From: Clostridia bacterium | Lineage (GTDB): Bacteria; Bacillota; Clostridia; UBA1381; UBA9506 | NCBI GenBank assembly: GCA_017546245.1 | Contig: JAFYXI010000034.1 | Location: 929 to 64,928 of the forward strand | Direction of reading: 5' to 3' | Length of the DNA: 64,000 nucleotides | In this document: positions 43,747 to 54,055 of the stretch, piece after piece | Position numbering within the stretch: the stretch's first letter is position 1 | Layout: every line of letters starts with the position of its first letter | Program-made: the position numbers and the translations under genes | Notes under the pieces: model-generated | The model's database searches: none | Told to the model about the DNA's origin: nothing | Seen by the model: only the letters and a program-made list of their open reading frames with translations

Positions 43747-44274
43747 TTATTTTCCCCCGTTAATTTTAATCTGCAAAATTTTATAATAATAAGTTATTAT
43801 ATAGCTCAAAACATAATCATAAATTACAAACACAGCCTCCGAAGCAAGAATAACCCACGGCAGATACTTTAAAACAAGCATTACCACCGCCGATTCCATA
43901 CTCGGAAGAAAAAGTGCTTTAAAAACTATATATCCTATAACCAAAAACAAATTAAACACTATTATTTTTATAAGCCATTCTGCTGCTCGTCTGTCTAAGC
44001 GTTCAATAAACATTTTTACAATGGGATAATATCCTAAAAACACAATATAAATAATTACAAGCAGTTTTTTGGGAATTAAAAGAAGCGACAGAATGCTTAC
44101 TCCCAAATAGTGAATAAGTCCATATTTAGGTCCGTATTCAGCAACAGTTATTGCTCCAAATACCGATGTAAGCGCAAGCATTGAAATGCGAGCTGTCGGC
44201 ACAATTGATGCACCAAACAGACACACTATTGCAAGAGCCATTAATATTGAGGAAAATGCCATTTTTTTTGCCAT
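43747..44274 (-). CDS. Integral membrane protein (about 5 TM), function unknown
   Basis: 175-aa hydrophobic ORF. Its stop abuts the lipoprotein gene start, which suggests co-transcription. Confidence 0.55.
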   Translation of the reverse strand: MAKKMAFSSILMALAIVCLFGASIVPTARISMLALTSVFGAITVAEYGPKYGLIHYLGVSILSLLLIPKKLLVIIYIVFLGYYPIVKMFIERLDRRAAEWLIKIIVFNLFLVIGYIVFKALFLPSMESAVVMLVLKYLPWVILASEAVFVIYDYVLSYIITYYYKILQIKINGGK

Positions 44275-44290
44275 TTTAAGCCTCCGTTAT

Positions 44291-44899
44291 TCAGCAGCAG
44301 GATATAAGGTCGCCGCCCATGCATTCACAACAGCAGTCAGCACATATAAGCCCCTGACAGCAATCGCACGCACTCGGAGAACCTGCGTTCATTCCATAAC
44401 CTACATTGCGGTAACGCTGTGTTTGCGCTAAATAGTTGTTTAAGGTGGCTCTGTATTCAGGATTTGCCGGCTCCATATTTACAGCCTGACGGATAAAATT
44501 AAGTCCCTGCTGATGCCAGCCTTTTCTCATAAAAATACTGCCTTTTAAGAAAAACCACTCTGCTGTTCTGTTAGCCATAGCATCAAGCTTCATTTCGGCT
44601 TCTTGCAGGTTTCCCATCTGAATAAGATTTCTTATTTGCGAAAACTCACCTGCACCGCCCGACGAATATGACGAATGACTGTAGCCGCCTGCGTTATATC
44701 CGCTATTCTGATTTCCCTGACCTGTAAGCTGTTCATATGCTTCGTTTATCTCTTTAAATTTTTCCTGCGCTAAGTCTGCAAGCGGATTATTAACATAGTT
44801 ATCAGGATGATACTGTTTAGCAAGGTTTCTGTAAGCTTTTTTAATTTCTTCCTGTGAAGCTCCCTTGCTTATTCCAAGCACCTCATATGGATCTTTCAT
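44291..44899 (-). CDS. J-domain protein with a TPR-like segment and a C-terminal cysteine string
   Basis: N-terminal J domain ([31 protein letters not shown]). The last 25 residues, [25 protein letters not shown], contain 10 Cys. Confidence 0.8.
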   Translation of the reverse strand: MKDPYEVLGISKGASQEEIKKAYRNLAKQYHPDNYVNNPLADLAQEKFKEINEAYEQLTGQGNQNSGYNAGGYSHSSYSSGGAGEFSQIRNLIQMGNLQEAEMKLDAMANRTAEWFFLKGSIFMRKGWHQQGLNFIRQAVNMEPANPEYRATLNNYLAQTQRYRNVGYGMNAGSPSACDCCQGLICADCCCECMGGDLISCC

Positions 44900-45746
44900 T
44901 TATTTCTTTCTCCTTTGTTTTATCTGTGTTAAATACTTTTTCCAAGCTTTCTGAAAGTCCCAGATAAATAATATTGTCAATTATTGGTTTATTTCTTTTT
45001 ATATTAAGTAATTGATAGCTGTTTGATATTTCACTTAGTGTGAACATAAGCGATTCGCGCACTTCTTCGGCACTTATCGCATCACCTGATAGCAAAAACG
45101 GATTAAAGCTTTTTTCTTTTTTATCCTTTTCTATATCCTCATAGGCATCCATTATATATATAAATCTGCCTATGCCGTACCCTATATGCGATAAAATTCG
45201 TTTTTGCGTTTCATCGGTGTTGGGCGATGCGTAAAATATTTCTTTTAAAATTTCACCGAACTCGTTTGCCAGACGGTCTGTTTCGGCACATTTTTCCCTC
45301 TCAAATTCAGATAAATTCGCAAGATGCAATTGAACCTTTTCTAAAAGCTCAGGATTTTTCTTTTTAATTTTTCTTTTAGCTCCAAAGAAAAGCGGCAGGC
45401 ATAAAAGCGCCTTAAACGAATGCTCGTCGTGCCAGTCATCTTTTAATTTGGCATAGGTTAAAATAACATTTACATCTGCCGAATAACTAAGCGCATCTGT
45501 GTTTTTAGCTATCGGCTTTTTACGGTGCGGACTTACTATACACCGTTCAGGTAAAAACTTTGTGTTTTCATCACAAATCGACGAAAGCAACAAAGCTAAA
45601 AATGTAACATCATAGCTCAAGCCCATCCGCGAGGCAAAGCCGTATTCTTTTTTTAGACTTTTGCAAAGACCGCAATAGTACGAGCGAAACAAATTATACT
45701 CGCGCACCTTTAGTTCGTCTTTGCAAATTCTGACATAACCAAACAC
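44883..45746 (-). CDS. DUF5685-like protein
   Basis: 287 aa. The N-terminus [31 protein letters not shown] matches my recollection of the DUF5685 family. It overlaps the J-domain gene by 17 nt. Confidence 0.55.
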   Translation of the reverse strand: MFGYVRICKDELKVREYNLFRSYYCGLCKSLKKEYGFASRMGLSYDVTFLALLLSSICDENTKFLPERCIVSPHRKKPIAKNTDALSYSADVNVILTYAKLKDDWHDEHSFKALLCLPLFFGAKRKIKKKNPELLEKVQLHLANLSEFEREKCAETDRLANEFGEILKEIFYASPNTDETQKRILSHIGYGIGRFIYIMDAYEDIEKDKKEKSFNPFLLSGDAISAEEVRESLMFTLSEISNSYQLLNIKRNKPIIDNIIYLGLSESLEKVFNTDKTKEKEINERSI

Positions 45747-45836
45747 GGATTTCCTCCCGTCATTTTTTGTACAATTTATATTGTATCATATATATTTTAA
45801 AATATAAATCAATAATTTGTTAATTATTTTTAAACA

Positions 45837-46586
45837 TTACGCTTTTCGTTTTTGCATATGATATGCTGCTTTTAAAAGCCATTTTTCAGGTAAAAATCTT
45901 TCTGAAATCCGCGCTGCTTTCATTAAAAATCCGGGGATTATTATAAGCTTTTTCGAAAACATTCCTTTTACCGCAGTCTTGGCAACTATACGGCTTTCCA
46001 ACCCTTTAACGCTGAATTTTACATTTGCGGTTTTATCAAACTCAGTCCGCACAGGACCGGGACATAAAACGCTTATGGACACTTTGCTTTTTTCTCTTTT
46101 TAATTCCTCATATATCGCTTCAGAAAGACGAAGAACATATGCCTTTGTTGCATAATAAACCGAAAGCAAAGGTCCGGGCAGAAATGCCGCAGATGATGCA
46201 ACATTTAAAATGTATCCAAAATCTTTTTCCTTAAAATCCTGCAAAAACAGCTTGGTTAAAATATGTACCGCCTTTATGTTTACATCAACCATTTCAAGCT
46301 CGCGGTTTAAGTCACTTTCAGAAAAAAATCCAAACAAGCCAAAGCCGGCATTGTTTACCAAAATGTCAATATCCATTGGCTTTACTGCTTCATAAAGACG
46401 CATACATTCTTCTTCTGATGATACATCACAGGTTATAACATCTGTTTTAACTTTTAACTCGTTTGCCAGTTCATTTAATCTGTCTGTTCTGCGTGCAACC
46501 AACACAAGCTCAATACCGCGTTCAGATAGCTCTTTAGCTATATCGCGACCTATTCCTGAGCTTGCACCGGTAATAAGTGCTTTCAT
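45837..46586 (-). CDS. SDR-family short-chain dehydrogenase/reductase
   Basis: TGASSGIG cofactor motif, NNAG, and the catalytic YxxxK (YYATKAY). Confidence 0.85.
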   Translation of the reverse strand: MKALITGASSGIGRDIAKELSERGIELVLVARRTDRLNELANELKVKTDVITCDVSSEEECMRLYEAVKPMDIDILVNNAGFGLFGFFSESDLNRELEMVDVNIKAVHILTKLFLQDFKEKDFGYILNVASSAAFLPGPLLSVYYATKAYVLRLSEAIYEELKREKSKVSISVLCPGPVRTEFDKTANVKFSVKGLESRIVAKTAVKGMFSKKLIIIPGFLMKAARISERFLPEKWLLKAAYHMQKRKA

Positions 46587-46600
46587 TTATATCAACTCCA

Positions 46601-48043
46601 TTAACCAGAATACTGCTCAAGCAGTTCTTCTTTCATTTTCCAGAGTTTAGGCGATAAATCAACATAATATTTATGCGGATTTTCAAAACGCTTAACCTCG
46701 TCCCAAAGCTTGCCTATCTGCTCGGCGCAGTATTTTTTAAGTTCGTGAACATCAGGACTTTCATATACGCATTTGCCCTTTTCAAACAGCTGCACCAACA
46801 ACTTTTTAGCATGGAAATTAGTAAGTTTTTTTCTTTTCCATGTATGGTCAGGGTCAAATATTTCATACGGCTGCGATTCGTCAATTTCTTCATCGTAAAG
46901 TGCTATTACGTCTGCAACAGCCTCTCCGCTATCGTTTGAATACAAGCGGAACAGCTGTTTAAATCCCGGATTTGTTATCTTTGTTGTGTTTTCACTTATT
47001 TTAATTCTTGGTACGATTTCTCCGTCAGATTCAATCGCCGCCAGCTTATAAACACCGCCGAATACGGGCGATGAAAGTGATGTTATAAGTCTTTCGCCCA
47101 CGCCAAATGAATCAATTTTTGCACCTTGCATCAGAGTATCGCGAATGATGTATTCATCAAGTGAGTTCGATGCCGTAATTTTGCAATCAGGATAACCTGC
47201 ATCGTCAAGCATTTTGCGCATCTTCTTGGTAAGATAGGCAATATCACCCGAGTCGATACGCACACCCTTTGGGCGGCAACCTAACGGTTTTAACACCTCA
47301 TCAAACACACGAATGGCATTCGGAATACCTGATTTTAATACATTGTATGTATCTACAAGCAAGATACAGTTATCGGGATACACCTCGGCATATGCACGAA
47401 AAGCATCATATTCACAATCGAAAAGCTGAACCCAGCTGTGCGCCATTGTGCCGAGTGCCGGAATGCCGTAATCACGGTCTGATATTGTGCAGGCAGTTCC
47501 GCTGCAGCCTGCAATATATGCCGCACGTGCACCAAGCATAGCACCGTCATAGCCCTGCGCTCTTCGAGAGCCGAACTCCATTACGGCACGGCCGTCTGCC
47601 GCACGAACTATTCGGTTTGCTTTTGTAGCAATCAATGATTGATGGTTGATTGTTAAAAGTATCATCGTTTCGATAAACTGCGCCTGAATAACCGGACCGC
47701 GCACCATTACAATAGGCTCTTGCGGAAAGATAGGCGTTCCCTCAGGAACTGCCCATACATCGCAGGCAAATTCAAAGTTTTTAAGATAGTCTAAAAACTC
47801 TTCGCTGAATAATTTTTTAGAACGCAGATATTTAATATCTTCTTCATCAAAATGCAGATTTTTAAGATAGTCTATGAGCTGCTCTACTCCCATCATAACA
47901 GCAAAACCGCCATCATCGGGAATTTTACGGAAAAACATATCAAAATAAGCTATTCGGTCACGAAAGCCTTTCTCAAAATATCCGTTAGCCATTGTAAATT
48001 CGTAAAAATCTACAAGCATAGTAAGATTTATATTTTCTACCAT
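46601..48043 (-). CDS. pncB: Nicotinate phosphoribosyltransferase
   Basis: 480 aa with NAPRTase family blocks (LTMLVDFYEFTMANGYF, MEFGSRRAQG, GTMAHSWVQ, VRIDSGD). Confidence 0.85.
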   Translation of the reverse strand: MVENINLTMLVDFYEFTMANGYFEKGFRDRIAYFDMFFRKIPDDGGFAVMMGVEQLIDYLKNLHFDEEDIKYLRSKKLFSEEFLDYLKNFEFACDVWAVPEGTPIFPQEPIVMVRGPVIQAQFIETMILLTINHQSLIATKANRIVRAADGRAVMEFGSRRAQGYDGAMLGARAAYIAGCSGTACTISDRDYGIPALGTMAHSWVQLFDCEYDAFRAYAEVYPDNCILLVDTYNVLKSGIPNAIRVFDEVLKPLGCRPKGVRIDSGDIAYLTKKMRKMLDDAGYPDCKITASNSLDEYIIRDTLMQGAKIDSFGVGERLITSLSSPVFGGVYKLAAIESDGEIVPRIKISENTTKITNPGFKQLFRLYSNDSGEAVADVIALYDEEIDESQPYEIFDPDHTWKRKKLTNFHAKKLLVQLFEKGKCVYESPDVHELKKYCAEQIGKLWDEVKRFENPHKYYVDLSPKLWKMKEELLEQYSG

Positions 48044-48304
48044 TTCACCATCAACCTTTCGGAATAATTACCACTATTATACATCATTTTTAAGGTTTTA
48101 TCTACAATAATTTAAAAAAATTTACAAATTAGCATTTTTAGTATATATTTTCACCCAGATTATGTCAATGCAGTCTGTATATTTCCTTTACATTTGAAAT
48201 AAAATATATTATAATTAATTACAAGTACTCGCTATGCTCGTTGTGTATTACATACACACACAAGCTTCGTAAAATACAATGACCATCAGAAAGAGAGCGA
48301 TAAA

Positions 48305-49678
48305 ATGACAGACAAAATTAAAGCTTTTCATAATGAAATAAACGGAAAACGAATTACGGTAATAGGCATAGGCATAAGCAACCGACCGCTTATTCGTTAT
48401 CTTGTAAAATACGGTGCAAAGGTTACCGCCTGCGACAAAAAAAACAAAGAACAGCTAGGCGAGGTTTATGACGAATTTACCGCATTAGGCGTTAATTTGG
48501 TGTTAGGCGAAAATTATATGGATAGCTTAGACGCTGATATTATCTTTAAAACACCCGGTATGCGCTTTGACCATCCTGCACTTTTAACTGCTAAAGAAAA
48601 CGGGGCAAAAATTACATCCGAAATGGAAGTTTTTTTTGATATTTGCCCGTGTAAAATGATAGCAGTTACCGGCAGCGACGGAAAAACCACAACCACCACA
48701 TTGATATATAAAATGCTTTCAGCGGAAGGGTATACATGTCATTTAGGCGGAAACATCGGCACGCCTTTACTTACAAAAGCAGAAGAAATGAACGCAGATG
48801 ATTTTGCAGTTTTAGAGCTTTCAAGCTTTCAGCTTCATACTATGAGAAAAAGTCCTGATGTTGCTGTAATTACAAACATTTCTCCTAACCATCTCGATAT
48901 GCACAAGGATTATCAGGAATATATCGATGCCAAAAAGAACATTATGCTTTATCAGGATAGCGAACAGCTTATAGTTTTAAATAAAGACAACGATGTTACC
49001 TGTTCTTTAGCAGACGAAGCAAAGGGCAAACGTCTTACATTTTCAAGAAAATCAAAAGCTGATATATACTTAGATGAAAACTATATTGTGATGAACAAAA
49101 ATAAAGTTCTTGATATTCGTGATATTAAAATTCCCGGAATGCACAATGTAGAAAACTATATGGCAGCAATTGCCGCAACAAATAAGTGGGTATCGCCCGA
49201 AACGGTGCAAAAGGTTGCCCGTGAATTTGGCGGCGTTGAACACAGAATCGAACTGGTAAGAACGCTTGACGGCGTGCGCTATTACAACAGCTCGATTGAT
49301 TCATCACCCAACAGAACAATAAACACATTAAGGGTATTTTCAGAGCCGGTTGTTTTAATTTGCGGCGGAAAAGATAAAGGAATTGCCTATGACGATATAG
49401 GTCCTGCAATTTTAGAAAAGGTTAAGGCTTTAATTTTAATAGGTGCTACCTCTGATGTAATACAAGAGGCAGTAGAAAAAGCCGCTAAAGATGCAGGGAT
49501 AACACTTAGTCTGCCCATATACCGCGAAACAGAATATGTAAATGCTGTAAATCGTGCAAAAGATTGTGCTAAAGAGGGCGATGTCGTGCTTTTATCAAAC
49601 GCAAGCACAAGTTTTGATATGTTTCAGAATTTTGAGCAAAGAGGCAATTTGTTTAAGGAGTTAGTATTAAAACTATGA
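48305..49678 (+). CDS. murD: UDP-N-acetylmuramoylalanine--D-glutamate ligase
   Basis: 457 aa with Mur ligase motifs (AVTGSDGKTTTT, NISPNHLDMH, GGVEHRIE). Confidence 0.9.
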   Translation: MTDKIKAFHNEINGKRITVIGIGISNRPLIRYLVKYGAKVTACDKKNKEQLGEVYDEFTALGVNLVLGENYMDSLDADIIFKTPGMRFDHPALLTAKENGAKITSEMEVFFDICPCKMIAVTGSDGKTTTTTLIYKMLSAEGYTCHLGGNIGTPLLTKAEEMNADDFAVLELSSFQLHTMRKSPDVAVITNISPNHLDMHKDYQEYIDAKKNIMLYQDSEQLIVLNKDNDVTCSLADEAKGKRLTFSRKSKADIYLDENYIVMNKNKVLDIRDIKIPGMHNVENYMAAIAATNKWVSPETVQKVAREFGGVEHRIELVRTLDGVRYYNSSIDSSPNRTINTLRVFSEPVVLICGGKDKGIAYDDIGPAILEKVKALILIGATSDVIQEAVEKAAKDAGITLSLPIYRETEYVNAVNRAKDCAKEGDVVLLSNASTSFDMFQNFEQRGNLFKELVLKL

Positions 49679-50721
49679 AAAAAGAATTATTAAAATTATC
49701 TGCCCTAGGCGGAATATCAGGATTTGAAACCTCTGTTGCCCCCAAAATAATAAACCTTTTAGAAAAATTTTGTGACGAGGTTTCAACCGATACCTTAGGC
49801 AACATAATCGCAATTAAGCATTGCGGAAAAAAAGATGCAAAAAAAGTAATGTTAGAGGCTCACATTGACGGAATCGGCCTTATGGTAAAAGACATTGACG
49901 AAAAAGGATTTATAACCTTTACAAACATCGGCGGTGTCGATACTCGTATTCTGCCATCTGCCGAGGTAATTGTATGCGGAAAAAAAGAGCTTTTCGGTGT
50001 TATCGGAGCTAAGCCTCCTCATCTGCAAAAATCCGGCGAGGCGGACAAGCCTGCCACTATTTCAGATATGGCAATCGATGTTGGTCTGTGCTGTGAAAAA
50101 GTAAAAGAACTGGTTACACCGGGCGATATGATATTCTTTGCAGACGGTGCTAAAAAGCTTTCTTCAAAGATAATTTCAGGAAAATATTTAGACGACCGAG
50201 CAGGATTAATTTCACTTTTAATCTGTATGAACGAGCTTAAAGATACAAAGCTTGATTTCGATTTGGTTATTTTGGCTGCCGTTCAGGAAGAGGTTGGCTG
50301 TCGAGGAGCTAAAGCCGGAACAAATAACGTAATGCCAGATGCAGCATTTGTTGTCGATGTGTGTCACGGTGACACACCCGATGCAGGAAGCGAAAGCATT
50401 TTTAAATTAGGCAGCGGTACAGTTTTAAGTATGGGACCTAATATTCATCCCTATTTATCAAGCCTTGCGGCATCTGTTGCAAAAGAAAAAAATATAAAGT
50501 ATTCACCTGACGTTGACGGCGGTGACACAGGAACAGATGCCTGGGAGGTTCAGATATCCGCAGGCGGTGTGCCTGCACTGCTTTTATCCATTCCTTTAAG
50601 ATATATGCACACAACCGTCGAAACCTTAAGTTTTGACGATGTAGACGCAACAGGAAAGCTGCTTGCCGAAACAATTAAAAAGCTGGATTTGGAGGTGCTT
50701 TCATGCTATTATCAGATTTAA
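49675..50721 (+). CDS. M42-family metallo-aminopeptidase (paralogue 1)
   Basis: 348 aa with M42 blocks (AHIDGIGLMV, LDDRAG, QEEVGCRGA, YMHT). Confidence 0.8.
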   Translation: MKKELLKLSALGGISGFETSVAPKIINLLEKFCDEVSTDTLGNIIAIKHCGKKDAKKVMLEAHIDGIGLMVKDIDEKGFITFTNIGGVDTRILPSAEVIVCGKKELFGVIGAKPPHLQKSGEADKPATISDMAIDVGLCCEKVKELVTPGDMIFFADGAKKLSSKIISGKYLDDRAGLISLLICMNELKDTKLDFDLVILAAVQEEVGCRGAKAGTNNVMPDAAFVVDVCHGDTPDAGSESIFKLGSGTVLSMGPNIHPYLSSLAASVAKEKNIKYSPDVDGGDTGTDAWEVQISAGGVPALLLSIPLRYMHTTVETLSFDDVDATGKLLAETIKKLDLEVLSCYYQI

Positions 50722-51728
50722 CACAGCTTCCCGGCGTTTCGGGATGCGAAGATGCTGTAAGAAATTATATTTATGAAAATATAAAAGCTAAATGCGACGA
50801 AATCACCTTTGATTCAATAGGAAATATGACTGCCCTGATGCGCGGCACAGGAAACTTGCGCAAGAAGGTTTTGCTTTGTGCACATATGGACGAAATAGGT
50901 ATGATAACCTCTCGCATTACCGACGACGGATTTTTAAAATTTAAAACCGTAGGCGGCATAGATCCAAGAGTTATGGTGTCAAAACGTGTTTTAGTTGGCA
51001 ATGGTTCTGTACCGGGTGTTATCGGCTACAAGGCGGTACATCTTCAGGAAAAGAGCGAACGCGAAACCACAGCTAAAAGCAAAAGCCTTTATATTGATAT
51101 TGGTGCAAAGAATAAAAAGGATGCCGAAAAGCGTGTTAAAATCGGCGACTGTATAGTCTTTGATTCAGAATATCGTAAATTTGGTGATGACCTTATAAAA
51201 GCACGTGCACTTGACGACCGCGCAGGATGTGCAATTTTAACGGAGCTTTGCGGATGTCGTTTTGACTTTGATTTATACATTTGCTTTACTGTTCAGGAAG
51301 AGGTTGGTCTTCGCGGTGCGAAAATTCTTGCAAACCGCATAAATCCTGACTTGGCATTAGTGATTGAATCTACCACCTGCTCAGATGTTTACGGCACAGA
51401 GCCTGAGGACTATTCTACCGAGTTGGGTAAAGGTGTGGCTCTTTCTATCATCGACCGCACAACCTATTACAACAAAGAATTAACACAGTTCATATACAAA
51501 CTTGCGCAAGATAACGGCATTCCTATACAGTACAAAAAAACTGCTATGGGCGGAAACGAGGCAGGAGCAATCCATCTTGCCTGTGGCGGAGTTAAAACAG
51601 CGGCTCTTTCAATTCCTGCACGATATATACATTCCCCATCATCAGTTATAAGCAAAAAGGATTTTGATTCGTGCGCAAAACTTGTTCATCTTTTTTTAAA
51701 GGAGGCAGACAAATGCTTGAACTATTAA
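50703..51728 (+). CDS. M42-family metallo-aminopeptidase (paralogue 2)
   Basis: 341 aa with M42 blocks (AHMDEIGMIT, LDDRAGC, QEEVGLRGA, YIHSP). Confidence 0.8.
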   Translation: MLLSDLTQLPGVSGCEDAVRNYIYENIKAKCDEITFDSIGNMTALMRGTGNLRKKVLLCAHMDEIGMITSRITDDGFLKFKTVGGIDPRVMVSKRVLVGNGSVPGVIGYKAVHLQEKSERETTAKSKSLYIDIGAKNKKDAEKRVKIGDCIVFDSEYRKFGDDLIKARALDDRAGCAILTELCGCRFDFDLYICFTVQEEVGLRGAKILANRINPDLALVIESTTCSDVYGTEPEDYSTELGKGVALSIIDRTTYYNKELTQFIYKLAQDNGIPIQYKKTAMGGNEAGAIHLACGGVKTAALSIPARYIHSPSSVISKKDFDSCAKLVHLFLKEADKCLNY

Positions 51729-52714
51729 AAAAGCTTACTCAAACAAGTGCTCCGTCAGGCAGCGAAGAGCGTTTGCATAATATAATAACAGAAGAAATTA
51801 AAGACTATGTTGACGAAATTACCATCGACCCGCTAGGTAATCTTATCGCCCATAAAAGAGGTAATGGTGCTAAGGTTATGTTTGCCGCACATATGGACGA
51901 AATCGGTCTTATTGTTACCTATATCACAGATAAAGGTTTCTTGAAAGTGTCTAATTTAGGCGGAGTTTCGCCTACAACTGCTCTTCATCAAAGAGTTATT
52001 TTTGCTGACGGCACTGTCGGTGTTGTAGCCTTAGACGATACCAATGCCGATTTATCAAAAGGCATTCGCTTATCAGACCTTTATGTTGATATTGGTGCAG
52101 GTAGCAGAGAAGAAGCCGAAAAGCTTGTTTCGATTGGCGATTGTGCAGCTTTTTGCGGTGATTTTTATGCAAACGGCAATACAGTAATATCAAAGGCATT
52201 GGACGACCGCAGCGGATGCGCTGTTTTAATAAGCGCTATAAAACAGATAAAAACAGTTAAAAATGACCTTTATTTTGTATTTACCATAAGCGAAGAATTG
52301 GGATTAAGAGGTGCTAAAACCTCAGCATATTCCATTGCGCCCGACTATGCGGTTGCAATAGATGTAACCAGAACAGGCGATACTCCGTCTAAGCTTTCGA
52401 TGGCGGTAAGTCTCGGCGGCGGAGCTGCAATAAAAATTAAAGACAGCTCTTTTTTGGCTCATCCATATATTAAACAGCTTATGAAGGATACCTGTGAGGA
52501 ATTTTGTATTCCGCATCAGTTCGAGGTCTTAGAGGCAGGCGGAACAGACTCGGGCGCAATACATCTTACAGGCGGCGGTGTGGCAACGGGATGTATATCA
52601 ATCCCAACACGTTACATTCACTCTCCGTGTGAACAAATTAATTTGCGTGACTTAGAAAGTGCCGCAAGGCTCGCGGTAAAAATGATAGAAAAAGGATTTA
52701 ATCAAGGAGCATAG
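51713..52714 (+). CDS. M42-family metallo-aminopeptidase (paralogue 3)
   Basis: Start at MLELLKKL after an AAAGGAGG RBS. M42 blocks: AHMDEIGLIV, LDDRSGC, SEELGLRGA, YIHSP. Confidence 0.8.
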   Translation: MLELLKKLTQTSAPSGSEERLHNIITEEIKDYVDEITIDPLGNLIAHKRGNGAKVMFAAHMDEIGLIVTYITDKGFLKVSNLGGVSPTTALHQRVIFADGTVGVVALDDTNADLSKGIRLSDLYVDIGAGSREEAEKLVSIGDCAAFCGDFYANGNTVISKALDDRSGCAVLISAIKQIKTVKNDLYFVFTISEELGLRGAKTSAYSIAPDYAVAIDVTRTGDTPSKLSMAVSLGGGAAIKIKDSSFLAHPYIKQLMKDTCEEFCIPHQFEVLEAGGTDSGAIHLTGGGVATGCISIPTRYIHSPCEQINLRDLESAARLAVKMIEKGFNQGA

Positions 52715-52716
52715 CT

Positions 52717-52971
52717 ATGGACTATATTTACAGAACAAAAAACGTCTGCGCCCAGCAAATAAAATTTCATTTAGATGGGAATATTGTTACCAACATTGAA
52801 TTTATAGGCGGATGCAACGGAAATTTAAAGGCAATAGCCAAATTGCTCGAGGGACAAACCGTTGAACATATTGTAGAAAAGCTGTCGGGCAATACCTGCG
52901 GCGGCAGACCTACTTCTTGCGCTGACCAGTTGGCTAAAGCTGTAAATCAGGCATATAAAGACGAAATGTAA
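52717..52971 (+). CDS. TSCPD-domain (TIGR03905-like) small protein
   Basis: 84 aa: IEFIGGCNGNLKAIAKLLEG...GNTCGGRPTSCADQLAKAV. Confidence 0.65.
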   Translation: MDYIYRTKNVCAQQIKFHLDGNIVTNIEFIGGCNGNLKAIAKLLEGQTVEHIVEKLSGNTCGGRPTSCADQLAKAVNQAYKDEM

Positions 52972-52980
52972 AAATAATAC

Positions 52981-53011
52981 AAAAACAACTCGGCATATGC
53001 CGAGTTGTTTT
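52981..53011. terminator. Bidirectional terminator
   Basis: Palindrome AAAAACAACTCGGCATATGCCGAGTTGTTTTT. Confidence 0.7.
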
Positions 53012-53899
53012 TTATCTTTTCAAAGTTTTAAACGTAAATCCCTGACTTCTTAAATAATCAATAATCTGCGGCAATGCATCAACTGTTGTCTTCTTCGTTG
53101 CTGCATCGTGCATTAAAATTACTGCACCTGAGCGACCCTTTGTTGTTTCTTTAATATTTGCAAGCTGTGTGCTTACTGTTACGTTCTGCCCCTCGGCATC
53201 ACCATTTAGAGCATTCCAGTCAACATAAACATAATCAATTTCGCTAAGCGCCAATTTATATTCATCTGCCTTGCCGGCTGACCCACCCGGAAAGCGGAAC
53301 ACTTTTGTATATCCCTCTTCACCGACTGTATTTATAACAATTTCTTCAGCCTTTTTTATTTCATCAAAAAAAGATTCTTTTGAATCATAAACCGATTTAT
53401 AATCGTGACTGTATGAGTGATTTGCTAAAATATGTCCTTCCTCTACGGCCCTTTTTGCCATTTCAGGATATGCCTCTACCATTTTTCCCAAAACAAAAAA
53501 TGTAGCCTTTACATCCTTTTCTTTTAATACATCAAGTATTCTTGGGGTTATATTAGAGGTTGGTCCGTCATCAAACGTTAAATATGCAATTTTTTCGTCT
53601 TCATAGCCATTATATGCCTGCACATACTCTGCTTCAAAGCTTGGTTCTGTTCCATCCTCACGCGGTATGGGTGACGGCGTGGGTGCAGGAAGCAAAAGCA
53701 GCTGAGCAGAATAAGGACTTCCGATAATTGTTTCATCATATTTGGGTGTGCTCATTTTTTTTGCAATTGTCACACCGCTAAAAAGCACCGTTATTATCAA
53801 AACCGGCAGACAAACACGCATAAAAAACTTTTCAACATCCAGCTTTTTTTTCGGCTTATATCCCTTTCTGGTATAAGTAACCTTATAGTTTTTTCTCAT
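53012..53899 (-). CDS. Polysaccharide deacetylase family protein (membrane-anchored)
   Basis: NodB-domain motifs (LTFDDGP, HSYSH, ILMHD) and an N-terminal TM segment. The start is probably MRKNYKV (53899). Confidence 0.75.
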   Translation of the reverse strand: MRKNYKVTYTRKGYKPKKKLDVEKFFMRVCLPVLIITVLFSGVTIAKKMSTPKYDETIIGSPYSAQLLLLPAPTPSPIPREDGTEPSFEAEYVQAYNGYEDEKIAYLTFDDGPTSNITPRILDVLKEKDVKATFFVLGKMVEAYPEMAKRAVEEGHILANHSYSHDYKSVYDSKESFFDEIKKAEEIVINTVGEEGYTKVFRFPGGSAGKADEYKLALSEIDYVYVDWNALNGDAEGQNVTVSTQLANIKETTKGRSGAVILMHDAATKKTTVDALPQIIDYLRSQGFTFKTLKR

Positions 53900-54055
53900 A
53901 TCTATAACATAGCCTTTCCGCTTAATTACTTTTATAATTTTAGCATAGCACAAAATTGTTAAATTGACAATAAAAAAATAAATAATTTTTATGATAAATT
54001 TTACCTTTATAAAATATAATTTATTGAAAAAAATAAATATGAAAAAGGTGATTGC

